From positions 1,193-65,192 of the IMG/VR virus record IMGVR_UViG_2932017207_000003: a stretch of 64,000 nucleotides of DNA. One strand, 5' to 3'. Under the pieces are notes generated by a model, which was given only the letters and a program-made list of their open reading frames with translations, searched no databases and was not told the origin of the DNA. Each line of letters opens with the position of its first letter. The stretch's first letter is position 1. The position numbers were made by a program, and so were the translations under genes. This document shows, one piece after another, positions 9,069 to 19,681 of this stretch. Origin of the DNA: a virus.

Positions 9069-10088
9069 CTAGAGGGGTTGCGCCCACACGGTCAGATTGG
9101 ATCGGCGTTGCCGGTACGACACCTGCCCTTGCCCGTAGTAGCCGAGCTGGACAGTGAATGAGACTTCCATTCCCGAGCGGACAACACGGGCACGATCCGA
9201 AGGGGTGATCGCGTCAATCAGTGTCGGACCGATGACCGCGCACCCTAGACCGCGACTACCAACCGAACTACCGATAGCTACATCAATCGACGCCCTATCC
9301 GATTGACTCATCAGGACTTTGACGTATGCGGCGTCGCTGTCACCCCATCCATCGGTCGTCTTGCCGCACTCGATAGTGCCGAAGATTATCGGCCGCCAGT
9401 CGAACGGCAACGCCGCAATCGTCAATCGACCAAGTTGGATCGACGGACCACCAGGCTGCGTTGTGTCTGCAGTCGTCATCGGCATTGCGAACGGGCCGAC
9501 AAGCATGGGCGATGTCACAGGGCCGAACTTCTGTGACGCCGCGCTGAACGCGATCACCTGCCCAGCTTTAGGCGCAATCGTGTTGTCATAGTCGGACACT
9601 GAGCGTATCGGCTCCGCGGGCGCCGCAGCCCCGGGATTCCCGCGAAGACCGCGCGGGATCCGCAGCATCAACGTTTGATCGGGGGCAACGCCAGACAACT
9701 CCGCGGACGCAGTATCAGACCCCGCATCAGCATTGCGGACCATGAGACCTGTTGCAGGACCCTCCGGTCCGCGCGGGCCGTACACGTTCGTCGACACTTT
9801 CCAGAACGAGCCTGTCCACACGTGCATGTTGTTCGTTGCCGGATCCCGCCACGCCTTCAACCGGTCCGTATCCTGCAGGTTCATCTGCGCCAACTGGGCT
9901 GGGGTGGCATCGCCCATCCACTGGAACGCCGGCTGCGGATCCCCCTGCGCGCCCTGGTCACCGGGATCGCCACCAGGGATTGGGCGCGAGCCGTCAGCCT
10001 CGGTCACATCGATCTCCGCGGTCACGACCGGAAGCCCGTTCGGGTAAACGTCGCGGGTGACTCGGACAGTGGCGGGAAAACGCATCAA
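9069..10088 (-). CDS. Minor tail protein (paralog-like of the 8015-9058 gene)
   Basis: Same architecture (F.W.GD..., .H.W.G..W, DYDN...P..G) with G-X-Y tracts. Confidence 0.8.
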   Translation of the reverse strand: MMRFPATVRVTRDVYPNGLPVVTAEIDVTEADGSRPIPGGDPGDQGAQGDPQPAFQWMGDATPAQLAQMNLQDTDRLKAWRDPATNNMHVWTGSFWKVSTNVYGPRGPEGPATGLMVRNADAGSDTASAELSGVAPDQTLMLRIPRGLRGNPGAAAPAEPIRSVSDYDNTIAPKAGQVIAFSAASQKFGPVTSPMLVGPFAMPMTTADTTQPGGPSIQLGRLTIAALPFDWRPIIFGTIECGKTTDGWGDSDAAYVKVLMSQSDRASIDVAIGSSVGSRGLGCAVIGPTLIDAITPSDRARVVRSGMEVSFTVQLGYYGQGQVSYRQRRSNLTVWAQPL

Positions 10089-10093
10089 CTCTC

Positions 10094-11752
10094 CTACAGG
10101 AATCCGAGACCGAAATCGGCGCCGGTATCGAGGGACACTTCCTTCACGATCGACAGGAGGCTGCCGAACTTGCGGTGCGCGCGGGCGATGGGGTCGTCCT
10201 CATCGGATCCGTCACCGATGGTGAGAGTCCATGTGGCGCGGGTCTTGCGGTCATCCCGGTACGTGGCGGCGGTGACGTAGTCGGTATAGACGGTGCCGCC
10301 GAACTCGAAACCGACCAAGTCGCCGACCTCGAAGTGCTTCCCGAAAATGTACGGGGCACCATCCTCGACGGTGACCTTGTGGGAGACATAGCCTCGTGTC
10401 GCGAACAGCGCCTCACGGCCGGCCATCAACGCATCGAGCGTGTACGCGCGACCAGATCCGGTCTGGAATTCCTCCGCATACGCGTAAGGACCTGCGCGCC
10501 GCTTCCGCCCCTGGTCGGTGAACGATTGGAACGCCAGCAGGACATCGTCGAGCTGGCCCGAGTACACCTCGGACAACCACGGCATCCCGATGAGCAGCCC
10601 GAGCCAATCCAGTAGGGCCTTGATCGCGATGGAGATGCCGGAGTTCACCCAGTCGGGGCTCTTTCCACCGACGATCGTGGTGTGGGCGGTCGGCTTATGA
10701 ATCGAGATCTCGGACTCGCCGATCCCGGAGAACTGGCCATCACGCCACACCACCCACGGCTTGCCCGGCTTCACCCCGAGAACACCCTGGATGTATTCCT
10801 CGTCGTAGTCGTCCCCCAGAATCGGATGCAGAATCGGGGAGACACCGTCGTCGAGGAACTCGGCAACATACGAGATCAGGCCATCTACCAGAGTTCCTAT
10901 CGGTCCGGTGACACCTGACTTGTCGACGACGTCGAGGACGATCGTCGGCCGATCCAGGGTGAACCACTCCGGGCATGGCTGCGGATCACGGTCCGGCATA
11001 AACAGTTTCGCCGTGAGTACGAGGCCAGCATCCTTGAGTGCCTGATCGAACAGCTCGTCGCCCATCTGCATGCGGGCGGACAGCGCGCACCACTTCGACG
11101 TGTCCGTGAACGGATTCACCGGGACGACAGCGATCGGCCACATCACGCTGCCGATGTCGAACCATGCGGACGGGTCGAAGATGTTGTCCGGGAGCCGCCA
11201 GTTGGGAAGCTGCTGCCGCAGAAGGTTCTTCGCCAGATACGTTTTGATGACAGTTTCGGTCGGGCCGATTCCGATGTCGTGCCGCGGCACCTGTGCCCAC
11301 AACGGCGCGAACGGCGACGGCCACATACAGATGTGAGAGATGTGCTCCCAATCGTGCAGCGCCTGAACTTCGATGACCTCAGTGCCGTCTGCAGACCGCA
11401 CCAGCCGAACCGTGCTGATCTTCCCTGGCCACCGCATCCCCGGCGTATCAACGATGATCGGGATCGTCGCATCCGCACCATCAGGGTTGTGCAGCAAGTG
11501 ATCCCGGAACGGCGTGTCATGCGGGAGCGTGATACTCAGACCGCCAGCCGCGTTCTTCGTGAAGGTGAACTCAAGGTCGAGGTAGTCGCCGCAGATGCCT
11601 TCTTCGTTGTAGAACTTGTCGCAGATCCGCACCTCGCAGGCGGGGTTGCGCCACTGCTCTTGCTCTGCGCGTGCGAGGCCGTCCATATGGGCGGCCGCGG
11701 CGGTGGGTGACCAGCTCCCGTCGGTGTAGATGTTCGCGACGGGAGCTGCCAT
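10094..11752 (-). CDS. Minor tail/baseplate hub protein (Gp37-like)
   Basis: 552 aa, two genes after the tape measure; GKSPDWVN and Y.FG.HF..GD.V motifs. Confidence 0.8.
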   Translation of the reverse strand: MAAPVANIYTDGSWSPTAAAAHMDGLARAEQEQWRNPACEVRICDKFYNEEGICGDYLDLEFTFTKNAAGGLSITLPHDTPFRDHLLHNPDGADATIPIIVDTPGMRWPGKISTVRLVRSADGTEVIEVQALHDWEHISHICMWPSPFAPLWAQVPRHDIGIGPTETVIKTYLAKNLLRQQLPNWRLPDNIFDPSAWFDIGSVMWPIAVVPVNPFTDTSKWCALSARMQMGDELFDQALKDAGLVLTAKLFMPDRDPQPCPEWFTLDRPTIVLDVVDKSGVTGPIGTLVDGLISYVAEFLDDGVSPILHPILGDDYDEEYIQGVLGVKPGKPWVVWRDGQFSGIGESEISIHKPTAHTTIVGGKSPDWVNSGISIAIKALLDWLGLLIGMPWLSEVYSGQLDDVLLAFQSFTDQGRKRRAGPYAYAEEFQTGSGRAYTLDALMAGREALFATRGYVSHKVTVEDGAPYIFGKHFEVGDLVGFEFGGTVYTDYVTAATYRDDRKTRATWTLTIGDGSDEDDPIARAHRKFGSLLSIVKEVSLDTGADFGLGFL

Positions 11753-12622
11753 TTACCAGGGCCTCTCGAACCTCGGTGCGGCGAGGCAATACACCTGGGA
11801 GGAGGTGTTGCCGCCGGTCACTGTGCAGTTGATTTCGGTGGACGACCACTGCTCATACGGGGCGTGCCAGAACTTGCCTTTGAGCTGCGCCCACACATTG
11901 CGGCCGTTCTCGCCGGCCTCGATCGAGTACAGGCGTGCCGTGGGTCGGCGCGGGTGGGTGTCGATCTTGAGGGTCTCCCCCACCTTGAGTTCCGGGACAG
12001 GGATCATCGGCCCGTTTTCGCCGTCCTGGATTTCGTAGCGTCCCGGACCGGGCATGTAGAAGCGGGGCCACGCATGCTGATCGGCGGCATTGCGGATGCG
12101 GAGGGATCCCCAGCTCGCGCCGGACGTGTTCTTCCACAGGCCTTTCGATTCGAACGAGTACCAGAACGGGTCGTCCGCGACCGCCGTCATGCCGAAGTCG
12201 CAGGCGCCGATCAGGCGGGGGTCCTTGCCGAATAGTGGTTCGGGTGCGCCGCCGAGTCGGACACGCAGCCAACGCCACCCGAACTCATTCGTCCAGACAC
12301 CGAGGTGGCCGCACTCCTTGGTCGACCAGTCCCGCATCCACGCGTCGAAGATGTACGGGTATCGGCGGGGCTCACCCTCGAACCCGATCTGGGCGACGAA
12401 GTCGAGTTCACGCTTCGGGTAGACCGAGTCCAGGTATGTGGCGCCGTCCTGGCGGGCACCTTCATTCCACAGCAAGTCGACAGGCGGGAAAAGGAAGCCC
12501 TTCGGGTCAGTGCCGAGCGTGACACCTTCCTCACCCATACGCAGCCCAGACAAGTGCCAGACGCGTCCAGACAGGCCGATATAGACCACCCGAGCACGGT
12601 GGTCAACGAGAGGAAACGTCAA
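11753..12622 (-). CDS. Distal tail (Dit-like) minor tail protein
   Basis: 289 aa directly after the tape measure; W.EGARQDGATY motif. Confidence 0.8.
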   Translation of the reverse strand: MTFPLVDHRARVVYIGLSGRVWHLSGLRMGEEGVTLGTDPKGFLFPPVDLLWNEGARQDGATYLDSVYPKRELDFVAQIGFEGEPRRYPYIFDAWMRDWSTKECGHLGVWTNEFGWRWLRVRLGGAPEPLFGKDPRLIGACDFGMTAVADDPFWYSFESKGLWKNTSGASWGSLRIRNAADQHAWPRFYMPGPGRYEIQDGENGPMIPVPELKVGETLKIDTHPRRPTARLYSIEAGENGRNVWAQLKGKFWHAPYEQWSSTEINCTVTGGNTSSQVYCLAAPRFERPW

Positions 12623-15600
12623 CGTCCCCCCTTACGCATGTTCGCGTGCGCGGCACGGTTGATGGAGCGGTTCATCGTCCGCTGCGCGGAATCCCAATTT
12701 GTGGTGTGAATACCTCCGGAGATCGACACCAGCGGGCCGGCCGCCGCCGAACCAGCGGTCTCTGCCATACCCTTCCAGTTGTCCCGCAGCCAGGACTCGA
12801 TCTCGACCGCCTGCGATGCCGCCAGGTCAGTTGCCCGCGCGGTGAGGGTGGCTTCCGGGTTGGCGGTGGCGAACCATTCGAGTTCGGCTTCCTTTGCCTG
12901 CTGCACCGGATCGACAGGCGGTGGAATGATCGGGCCGTCGGATTTCGGAACCCACTCCTGGACAGTGGCATCCGGTGTTGCCTGGCCTGCGCCCGGTGCT
13001 CCAGCAGGAGTCGCAGAAGGATCCTTCGCGGGCGGCGTGGACTGCTGGGCATCCAGTTCTGCGTTCGGGTCACGCCACGGGTTGATCTTCTTGTACGGCT
13101 CGCTGATCGCTTCGATGAACTTCGGATCCTTGAGCAGCTTCACCAGAGTCTCGAACGCTCTCGTCTGCTGCGGCGACAGAACCCGCTCCGGCTCGAGCGT
13201 CCACTTCGGCATCATCCCGAGGCCGTTCGCGATACCGCCCTGGTCGTAGCCGTGGCCCTGACCCCACATCGTTCCAAGGTCGTCGCCATAGGAGTGCCGG
13301 TACCAGCGCAGACCCGCTGACAGTGATGCGTCCGGGTTGGTGCGGTCATTCGGCAGTTCCGGGTTCCGGTACGCGGCGAACGTGTTCGGGATGACCTGCA
13401 ACAGGCCGACGGCCTCGTTGCCGCCCGAGTTCACGTCCTGCACTTGCTGAACGATGTTCGGGTTGCCTCCGGACTCGGTCATGATCTGCTTCTTGGTGAG
13501 CAGGATGTTTCGCTCCGACGGCTCGAACCCTTCACGGATCAGCGCGGCAACGATGTTGTCGTGCCACTGCTCCACACCAGCCGAGATGTCCCACGCAGTG
13601 TTCCCAGCATCCAGGGATCCCTTAGCGCCGACCGTGCCGCGGATCGCCTTCGCAGCCTCGCCAGACAGCTTGTCGAACAACTTCCCCGGAAGCTGACCCA
13701 ACAGGGAGGGTCCGAAGTCAGGCATCTGAGACCGCAACTCCGCCAACGGCTTCTCGAACCTCTCCGACAGGATCCGCCGCGCCGCACCACCGAAGCTGAG
13801 GCCACCAGCAAGCGCCGGCAGGTCCGCTGCCCGCCCATCGAGTGCTTCCCGGATCGCCCAGTGCACATGGTTGCGGTGCTCGGCCATCGTGCCAGCGCCG
13901 TACGCCGACATTCCGTCGCCGACGAACCCGCCATCCATAATGTTGTGGCCGAACGGGGAGTGGATCAGCTGGATCGTCTTGTCCTGCCAGTTCGCCGCGA
14001 TCCACCCGGCGAGCTGCTGCATCTCCGGCGTGCCGTCATCGCCACCGTTAGAGAAGTCCGCGGCCATACCCTTCGAGTGGTAGCCGTTGTCAGTGAAACG
14101 CAGACCCGAGAACGGTTCCCCGTTCTGCAGCAGCATCGGGAACCGTTCCGCGACCACGTCACGCATCGAATCCACGATGCCGCCATTAGCAAAGCGACCA
14201 GCGAACTGCTGGACCGCCGCGACGCCGCCCGTGCGGGCTGCTGCATTGATACCATTCACCCAGTCGGCGCCCATGCCGCGCACCACTTCAGGGCGCATGA
14301 TGCCCTCGCCCGGGCCGACCATGATCACCCGGTCATCAACACCCGGTGCGTAGCCCGACATGATGCCGCCGGTCGAGAAGCCCTCAATCTTCGGGACATT
14401 CACAGTCCACTCAGGAAGATCCGGGACCACACCGCGGACACCATTCCAGGCGTCCCGCAGGCCGGTGTTGATGACCTTGTCGATGATCCAGTTGATCGGG
14501 TTCGCGACCGACCCCTTCAGGCCGTCCCACGACCGGCCGATCCCGCCCACGGTGTCGGCGAACTTCTGCGCCAGATTGTCCAGCGCGATACCGAGACCAA
14601 CGAAATGGATCTGCCCGATCGTCGACACCATCGTGGACGTCGAGTTCGCCAAATCCACTTCACGCTGGGCAGCGTTCTGCACCAACGCGATCGTGAAATG
14701 GTTCGCCAGATCGTAAAGCGACCCCGTCAACGCAGCGAACGACAACTGGATCGCCGACACGCCCTGATCGCCAGTCACCTTCGCGACGAACTCCGACCAG
14801 CTCGCGACGGCGGCTCCCTGCAGGCCTTCAGAGAACGACTTCCGGATCTGATCGGTCGCACCTAGGATGCCGTCCAGTGAGGGGCGGATCTTCTCGTCGA
14901 ACCCTGCCTTCACTGCGTCTGCGTAGATGTTCCAGGAGGTGACAGCCTGCGAGTAGTCCGGGCCGGTCGGCTCGGCTGCGGGAGCGGGAGCGGGCGGTGC
15001 CCCAATAATCGGATCGAGGACCGGCGGGACATCCGCGCCAGTCTTCGCCGGTTCACCGATCGCGGGAAGTACCCGGCCCTGCGGATCCGACGTCGTCGCA
15101 GCCTTCGTCGCCTGCCCGGTCGGGTCCAGCAGTCCCTGGAGATCATTCCGAGTCGGCCCCGGTGTCTGCTCCGCATAGAGGTTCTGCATCGTCCGCGGCA
15201 TCGCACTAAAGTCCGCATCCGACATAGGAATCGACGGACGCAGACGCGGACCCGCAGGTGCCGGTGTGGGAGTCGGCGAACCCGAGGGGGGCGACGGAGG
15301 CGGAGGCGGAGGTGTCGGCGCTCCAGCGGCACGGTCGATCATCGGCCCCAACTCGAAGAACGCATCGTCGGAGTTGAGGTTGATCGACCACGTGTTGTCA
15401 CGAGTGTTCCGCTTGGGATTGAATCCCTTACGGTTGAGGGCGTCCCGCTGCGTGGGTGTCAACTGCCCCTTGATAAAGGCGGTGTTCCTGTTGGGCATCG
15501 TCGGCTCAAGCTCGATACCAAGTGGTCCACTGTCGTCAACAGACAGGTTCCGGAAGTACTCGGCGATCTCTGGAGTAACGGCAACATTGCCGCCCGTCGA

Positions 15601-18600
15601 TTCGTTGGTACGCTGCCATCCTTCTTGGCTCAGCCCAAGATGCTGGCGCTCCGCGTTGACACTCGTCATGAGGTCTAGCGCGGACTGGGCGGAGTACTGG
15701 CCTTCGTTCTTGAGTTGGCCCTTCAGGAAATCGAGGCGGTACTGGTTACCCGGACGCGACTCGAACTGGCGGTACCGTTCAAGCGCAGCCTTGTCGCCAG
15801 CGAGAGCGTCAGCTGCGGTCTCGACTGTCATGCCCTCGCGCTCGAACTGGGCCATCACACCGGGCATGGACTTGAGCTGGCCGATAATGTCGGCATTCAG
15901 ACGCTGGCGAACGTTGTTGTACGCCCCCGGATCCTGCTGGACGATCGCGTCCATGTATTCCTGTGGGCCGAGCCCGAACCCGGACGCAGTCTCAAGTCGT
16001 CCGCCCGACTCGGCCTTTTCCCGGATGCTGTCAACGGTCCCCTGGGTGACCCGCCCAGTATCTGCATCGAGAGTGTTTCGCAGTTCCTCGACGGCCTGCT
16101 TGTGGGCTCGCGCTTCGTCGGCAGCCTTACGTTGATCTTCGCCAAGTTTTGCGAGCACAAACCCTGCAGCTACAACACCTACTCCGAGCGCACCCGCCCA
16201 CCCCAAGGAGAACCCGAGAGTGGTGACCAGCGAGGTGACTCCAGAGATGATCGGGTTGATCGTCTTCCACACCATGAACCCCGCGACGACTCCAGACGTC
16301 AGGTCGGGGAACCGCTCCAGCAGTGCGACAAGCCCGCCAACAATCGGACCGACCAGCTGCCCCCACGCCCCCATCGCCGGTACGACACTCTGAACGATGA
16401 TCCGTCCGATATCACCGAGGATCGGGGTGATTCGGTCGAGCATCTCCCGGAATCGGTGGAAGAAGTCCTTGATCTTCTCTTGTCCCTCAGCGGATTTGAG
16501 GTAGTCCTTCATCTTGCCGGTCGCGTCCTTGATGGACGCGATCATGCCTTCGCCTTCCTGGCGGGACCCGGCAAAAATCGCGCCGATCGAGCCACCAACG
16601 TTCTTGGTGATCTCCCAGAAGTCCTTCAGGGTGTCGATGCCGCGGCGGATCAGGTCGCGGATGTGGTCGAAGTTCATCGACCACCGCTCAAGCTTCTGTG
16701 CACCGTCCGTGAAACCGTCCGCGAAGCCGCCGAGGAACTCTGAACCGACAGTAACGAGGTTCTTGAAAACGCCTGCAAGAGCGAAGAACCCCGGCTCCAT
16801 GCGGGCAAACATGTCCTTGATCCGCTCGAGAACAAGCCCGAACTTCTCCACCGCATCCGGTGCCGCGAACGCCGACATCACCTTCCGGGTGATCCCATTC
16901 AGCTCGCCCGCGATCCCCACCAAACCCTGCTTCAGGGTGGGTAGGTTGACGCGGATCAGGTTCGTCGTGTCCGCATCCATCCCGGCGAACAGGCTTTCCT
17001 GCGTCGCGAGGCGCAGGTCTTCCCACTCGCCGCCCATTCCGCGGATCTGCTCGACAAACGACCGTGCCGCCGGGGACAGCTTCGCGAGAGCTTCCTCATA
17101 CTTCTTGACCGAGTCACCGGGGTCAGACATCGCCTCGGATAGAGCGGTCTGTGCCTCTGCGACCTGACGTGCTGCCCGCTCATTCGCCAAGGCCGTGTCC
17201 GACTGGACTTCCGCGAGTTCGCGCTGCGAGTCGGCGATGCCCTGGTTCGCTTCGGTGACACGCTCTTTCGCTGCGACCACAACGTCTGCGTTCTCGACAC
17301 CCTTACGGTTCGCGTCCGCAGCGTCGTCCGCCAGCTTCTTGTTCCGGGCACGGACGTCATCGAGGTTCTGGATCGCCCGCTCGTAGCCGGCGCGGGCCTC
17401 ATCCCGGTCAAGTCCGTTCGCTTTTGATCCGGACTTGTTCAGGTCGGCGATATTCTGGCGGGCACGCCGCACCGCGAGCATCGCCTCTTTCTCATCGAGC
17501 GCGCTGCCCTTGAGTGCCCGGTTCAGATCCTCTACCTGGGAAGCGGCGTCCTTCCGTGCACGAGTGAGGTCCTTCTGCGCATTCAACCCGGACTTCTGAG
17601 CCGACTCCACGCCCCGCTCAGCCGAGGCGACCTGGCGGGCACCCGACACCTGCGTGTCCGTCGCCGACTCCACGGCCGACCGAAGCTGCTTCTGGGCCGT
17701 CTCCTGCGCCTTCGCGGCCTGCTCGGCATCCTTCGACGCGTTCTTCGAGATGTCCAAGCCGGTCTTGAACGCCTCGAACACACCGATCGAGCCGACAACG
17801 AGTGCGCTGATACCTGCCGCTGCAGCGGTCGCCGCCGCTGGAAGCGTCAACAGCAGTGAGCTCATCTGGGCGAGCTGGCCGATAATCGGGACCAGGTTCA
17901 CGGCGCCGATCGACGCCACCGCCCCCAATGCCAGCTTCCCGCCGGATAGCAGGCCGCCACCGCCACGGCCACCAAGTCCGCCGCTCGTGTTGACAGGAAT
18001 GTTGTGCAGCAGCGCCCGCAACGCCACAGCCTGCGCCATCAGTGAGGCAAGATGGGAGGCGGCGGCAGTCGAGTCAAGATCGACATTGATGGTGATGTTG
18101 CCCGCTGAGGCTTTGAACGCCGCCAGCTGTGCTTTGGCGATCGTGAAGTCCAGATCGACCGGAAGCTTGATGTTCTTACCGGAAGCGAGGGTCTGTGCCC
18201 CACTCAGTTTGCCTGCCAGGCCACCGAAGTTGGGCTCCACCTTCAGCTTGATCGGCGGAAGATTGATCGCCTTCAGTGCATCACGGATACGACCCGACAG
18301 GCCCGCCACATTCGGGTTGACCTGCACCTTGACATGCGCTTTGTTGTCGAGTGGGCGCAGTTTCGCGTTCAACGCGCCGATGAACCCGGTCAGGTTCGAC
18401 TCGGCCTTGACCTTCACATGCGCTTTGTCGTCGTGGGTGCGGAGTTTCGAGTTCAAGTCGCTGACAAAGCCGGTCAGGTTCGAGGTCGCTTTGACTTTCA
18501 CATGCGATTTGTCATCAAGCGGGCGAAGCTTCGTGTTCAAGTCCTGAACGAACCCGGTCAGGTTCGCTTCCACCTTGATCGACACAGACTTGCCCGCCAC

Positions 18601-18783
18601 AGCGGTCTGCGCCTTCGTCTTCGCCTTCGACGCGAACCCATTGACCAGCTCCGGGTTCATGAACACCGTGCCCTCGACGCGACGTGCCTTGACGTCTGTA
18701 TCGAGGCGGGCCTTCCAGTCACTGATCAGCCGAGGCTTGATGGTCAGATGAGCTGAACCGGCGTTGTAAGGCCCATCAACCAT
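12619..18783 (-). CDS. Tape measure protein with C-terminal peptidase-like and lytic transglycosylase domains
   Basis: 2054 aa, Ala/Gly-rich coiled coil; YHSKGMAAD...EHRNHVH; TESGGNP...AVGLLQVIPNTF SLT motif. Confidence 0.92.
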   Translation of the reverse strand: MVDGPYNAGSAHLTIKPRLISDWKARLDTDVKARRVEGTVFMNPELVNGFASKAKTKAQTAVAGKSVSIKVEANLTGFVQDLNTKLRPLDDKSHVKVKATSNLTGFVSDLNSKLRTHDDKAHVKVKAESNLTGFIGALNAKLRPLDNKAHVKVQVNPNVAGLSGRIRDALKAINLPPIKLKVEPNFGGLAGKLSGAQTLASGKNIKLPVDLDFTIAKAQLAAFKASAGNITINVDLDSTAAASHLASLMAQAVALRALLHNIPVNTSGGLGGRGGGGLLSGGKLALGAVASIGAVNLVPIIGQLAQMSSLLLTLPAAATAAAAGISALVVGSIGVFEAFKTGLDISKNASKDAEQAAKAQETAQKQLRSAVESATDTQVSGARQVASAERGVESAQKSGLNAQKDLTRARKDAASQVEDLNRALKGSALDEKEAMLAVRRARQNIADLNKSGSKANGLDRDEARAGYERAIQNLDDVRARNKKLADDAADANRKGVENADVVVAAKERVTEANQGIADSQRELAEVQSDTALANERAARQVAEAQTALSEAMSDPGDSVKKYEEALAKLSPAARSFVEQIRGMGGEWEDLRLATQESLFAGMDADTTNLIRVNLPTLKQGLVGIAGELNGITRKVMSAFAAPDAVEKFGLVLERIKDMFARMEPGFFALAGVFKNLVTVGSEFLGGFADGFTDGAQKLERWSMNFDHIRDLIRRGIDTLKDFWEITKNVGGSIGAIFAGSRQEGEGMIASIKDATGKMKDYLKSAEGQEKIKDFFHRFREMLDRITPILGDIGRIIVQSVVPAMGAWGQLVGPIVGGLVALLERFPDLTSGVVAGFMVWKTINPIISGVTSLVTTLGFSLGWAGALGVGVVAAGFVLAKLGEDQRKAADEARAHKQAVEELRNTLDADTGRVTQGTVDSIREKAESGGRLETASGFGLGPQEYMDAIVQQDPGAYNNVRQRLNADIIGQLKSMPGVMAQFEREGMTVETAADALAGDKAALERYRQFESRPGNQYRLDFLKGQLKNEGQYSAQSALDLMTSVNAERQHLGLSQEGWQRTNESTGGNVAVTPEIAEYFRNLSVDDSGPLGIELEPTMPNRNTAFIKGQLTPTQRDALNRKGFNPKRNTRDNTWSINLNSDDAFFELGPMIDRAAGAPTPPPPPPSPPSGSPTPTPAPAGPRLRPSIPMSDADFSAMPRTMQNLYAEQTPGPTRNDLQGLLDPTGQATKAATTSDPQGRVLPAIGEPAKTGADVPPVLDPIIGAPPAPAPAAEPTGPDYSQAVTSWNIYADAVKAGFDEKIRPSLDGILGATDQIRKSFSEGLQGAAVASWSEFVAKVTGDQGVSAIQLSFAALTGSLYDLANHFTIALVQNAAQREVDLANSTSTMVSTIGQIHFVGLGIALDNLAQKFADTVGGIGRSWDGLKGSVANPINWIIDKVINTGLRDAWNGVRGVVPDLPEWTVNVPKIEGFSTGGIMSGYAPGVDDRVIMVGPGEGIMRPEVVRGMGADWVNGINAAARTGGVAAVQQFAGRFANGGIVDSMRDVVAERFPMLLQNGEPFSGLRFTDNGYHSKGMAADFSNGGDDGTPEMQQLAGWIAANWQDKTIQLIHSPFGHNIMDGGFVGDGMSAYGAGTMAEHRNHVHWAIREALDGRAADLPALAGGLSFGGAARRILSERFEKPLAELRSQMPDFGPSLLGQLPGKLFDKLSGEAAKAIRGTVGAKGSLDAGNTAWDISAGVEQWHDNIVAALIREGFEPSERNILLTKKQIMTESGGNPNIVQQVQDVNSGGNEAVGLLQVIPNTFAAYRNPELPNDRTNPDASLSAGLRWYRHSYGDDLGTMWGQGHGYDQGGIANGLGMMPKWTLEPERVLSPQQTRAFETLVKLLKDPKFIEAISEPYKKINPWRDPNAELDAQQSTPPAKDPSATPAGAPGAGQATPDATVQEWVPKSDGPIIPPPVDPVQQAKEAELEWFATANPEATLTARATDLAASQAVEIESWLRDNWKGMAETAGSAAAGPLVSISGGIHTTNWDSAQRTMNRSINRAAHANMRKGGR
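18310..18570 (-). repeat. 84-bp (28-aa) tandem repeats in the tape measure N-terminus
   Basis: CCGGTCAGGTTCG recurs at 18386, 18470 and 18554; unit NLTGF..DLN.KLR..DDK.HVKVKA. Confidence 0.85.
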
Positions 18784-18803
18784 GTGTCACCTCGATTCAG
18801 TTG

Positions 18804-19253
18804 TCAGTCGGTGATGCCGAATTGGCGGAGTGCTTCGTTGACGTCGTCGCGGTCTTGGCGGGCACGAGCACGCGCCTCAGCAGTGGAGGGACGCTGCTCG
18901 CGTGGAATAGGCGGCATCGCCTTCGACCCGAACGCCGATCCGATAGCCCGGATCGTGTCCTTTTGTAGGTCGATCATCTTCAGCTGCAACAGAACCGGCA
19001 GCGAATACCCGAGCGGGGAGATCGGTACAGGCCGTTCGGGAAGCGGTACCTGTGCCCGCAGTTCGCCGACGTCTTCGTTCATCGCAACGGCGGCCTGGAA
19101 ATGCGAATCGGATGGGAGCCGCTCGATGATCTCGAGGAGCTGCATCCACGGCTTGTGGCCGCGGAAGTAGTCGAGCAGGTCCCATCCGCGTTCGAAGAGG
19201 TCGTATTGGATTTCGGCCCCGTAGCCCTCAATGAGGGTTACGAGGCGGACTCG
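18804..19253 (-). CDS. Tail assembly chaperone, -1 frameshift extension (gpGT C-terminal part)
   Basis: The -1 frame is open from the slippery site: RVRLVTLIEGYGAEIQYDLFERGWDLLDYFRGHKPWMQLLEIIERLP... Confidence 0.8.
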   Translation of the reverse strand, partial: RVRLVTLIEGYGAEIQYDLFERGWDLLDYFRGHKPWMQLLEIIERLPSDSHFQAAVAMNEDVGELRAQVPLPERPVPISPLGYSLPVLLQLKMIDLQKDTIRAIGSAFGSKAMPPIPREQRPSTAEARARARQDRDDVNEALRQFGITD

Positions 19254-19657
19254 CCCCCCGGCAGGTCGTCACCGTCATCGCCCGGCACCGTGGAGAAGTG
19301 GTCGTTGATGTCCCAGAACAGGGGCCAAAGCACCTCGACCGGCTCCGGTCCGATGACGGACCAGACACGCTGGAACGCGTCACCGCAGATTGCCTGGAAC
19401 ATCGGGACGACGTTCTTCGGGTCGACGTCGGTCTTGATGGTTCCGTCGGCGTTCTTCGCCATGTCGACCAGTGCCGCCATCGCTGTTACACGTTCGACGG
19501 TGTCGGGGGCGGTGATCACGATCGGCGGCTCGACGGTATCGTCGAAGACGTACGGAGCCTTCGGCGTGTGATCCTTGCGGGCCTGGTCACGGATCGTGGC
19601 CCACCGCGACTTCGCGGGAGCAGGCTTCTTGGCGGCAGTCTTGCGGGTGGTGGTCAT
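19238..19657 (-). CDS. Tail assembly chaperone (gpG)
   Basis: 139 aa between major tail and tape measure; ends LPGGESAS. Confidence 0.85.
   Translation of the reverse strand: MTTTRKTAAKKPAPAKSRWATIRDQARKDHTPKAPYVFDDTVEPPIVITAPDTVERVTAMAALVDMAKNADGTIKTDVDPKNVVPMFQAICGDAFQRVWSVIGPEPVEVLWPLFWDINDHFSTVPGDDGDDLPGGESAS
19253..19259 (-). promoter_or_regulatory. -1 programmed ribosomal frameshift slippery heptamer G GGG GGC
   Basis: CCG GGG GGC GAG near the end of the chaperone gene; a -1 shift gives a typical gpGT sequence. Confidence 0.75.
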
Positions 19658-19681
19658 TCTGGGCTCCTGGCTGACGGGTGG

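Noticed and set aside
13444-16743. Long plus-strand ORFs opposite the tape measure (and similar antisense ORFs elsewhere)
   Set aside because: These are shadow ORFs expected in high-GC coding DNA, with no motifs or RBS.
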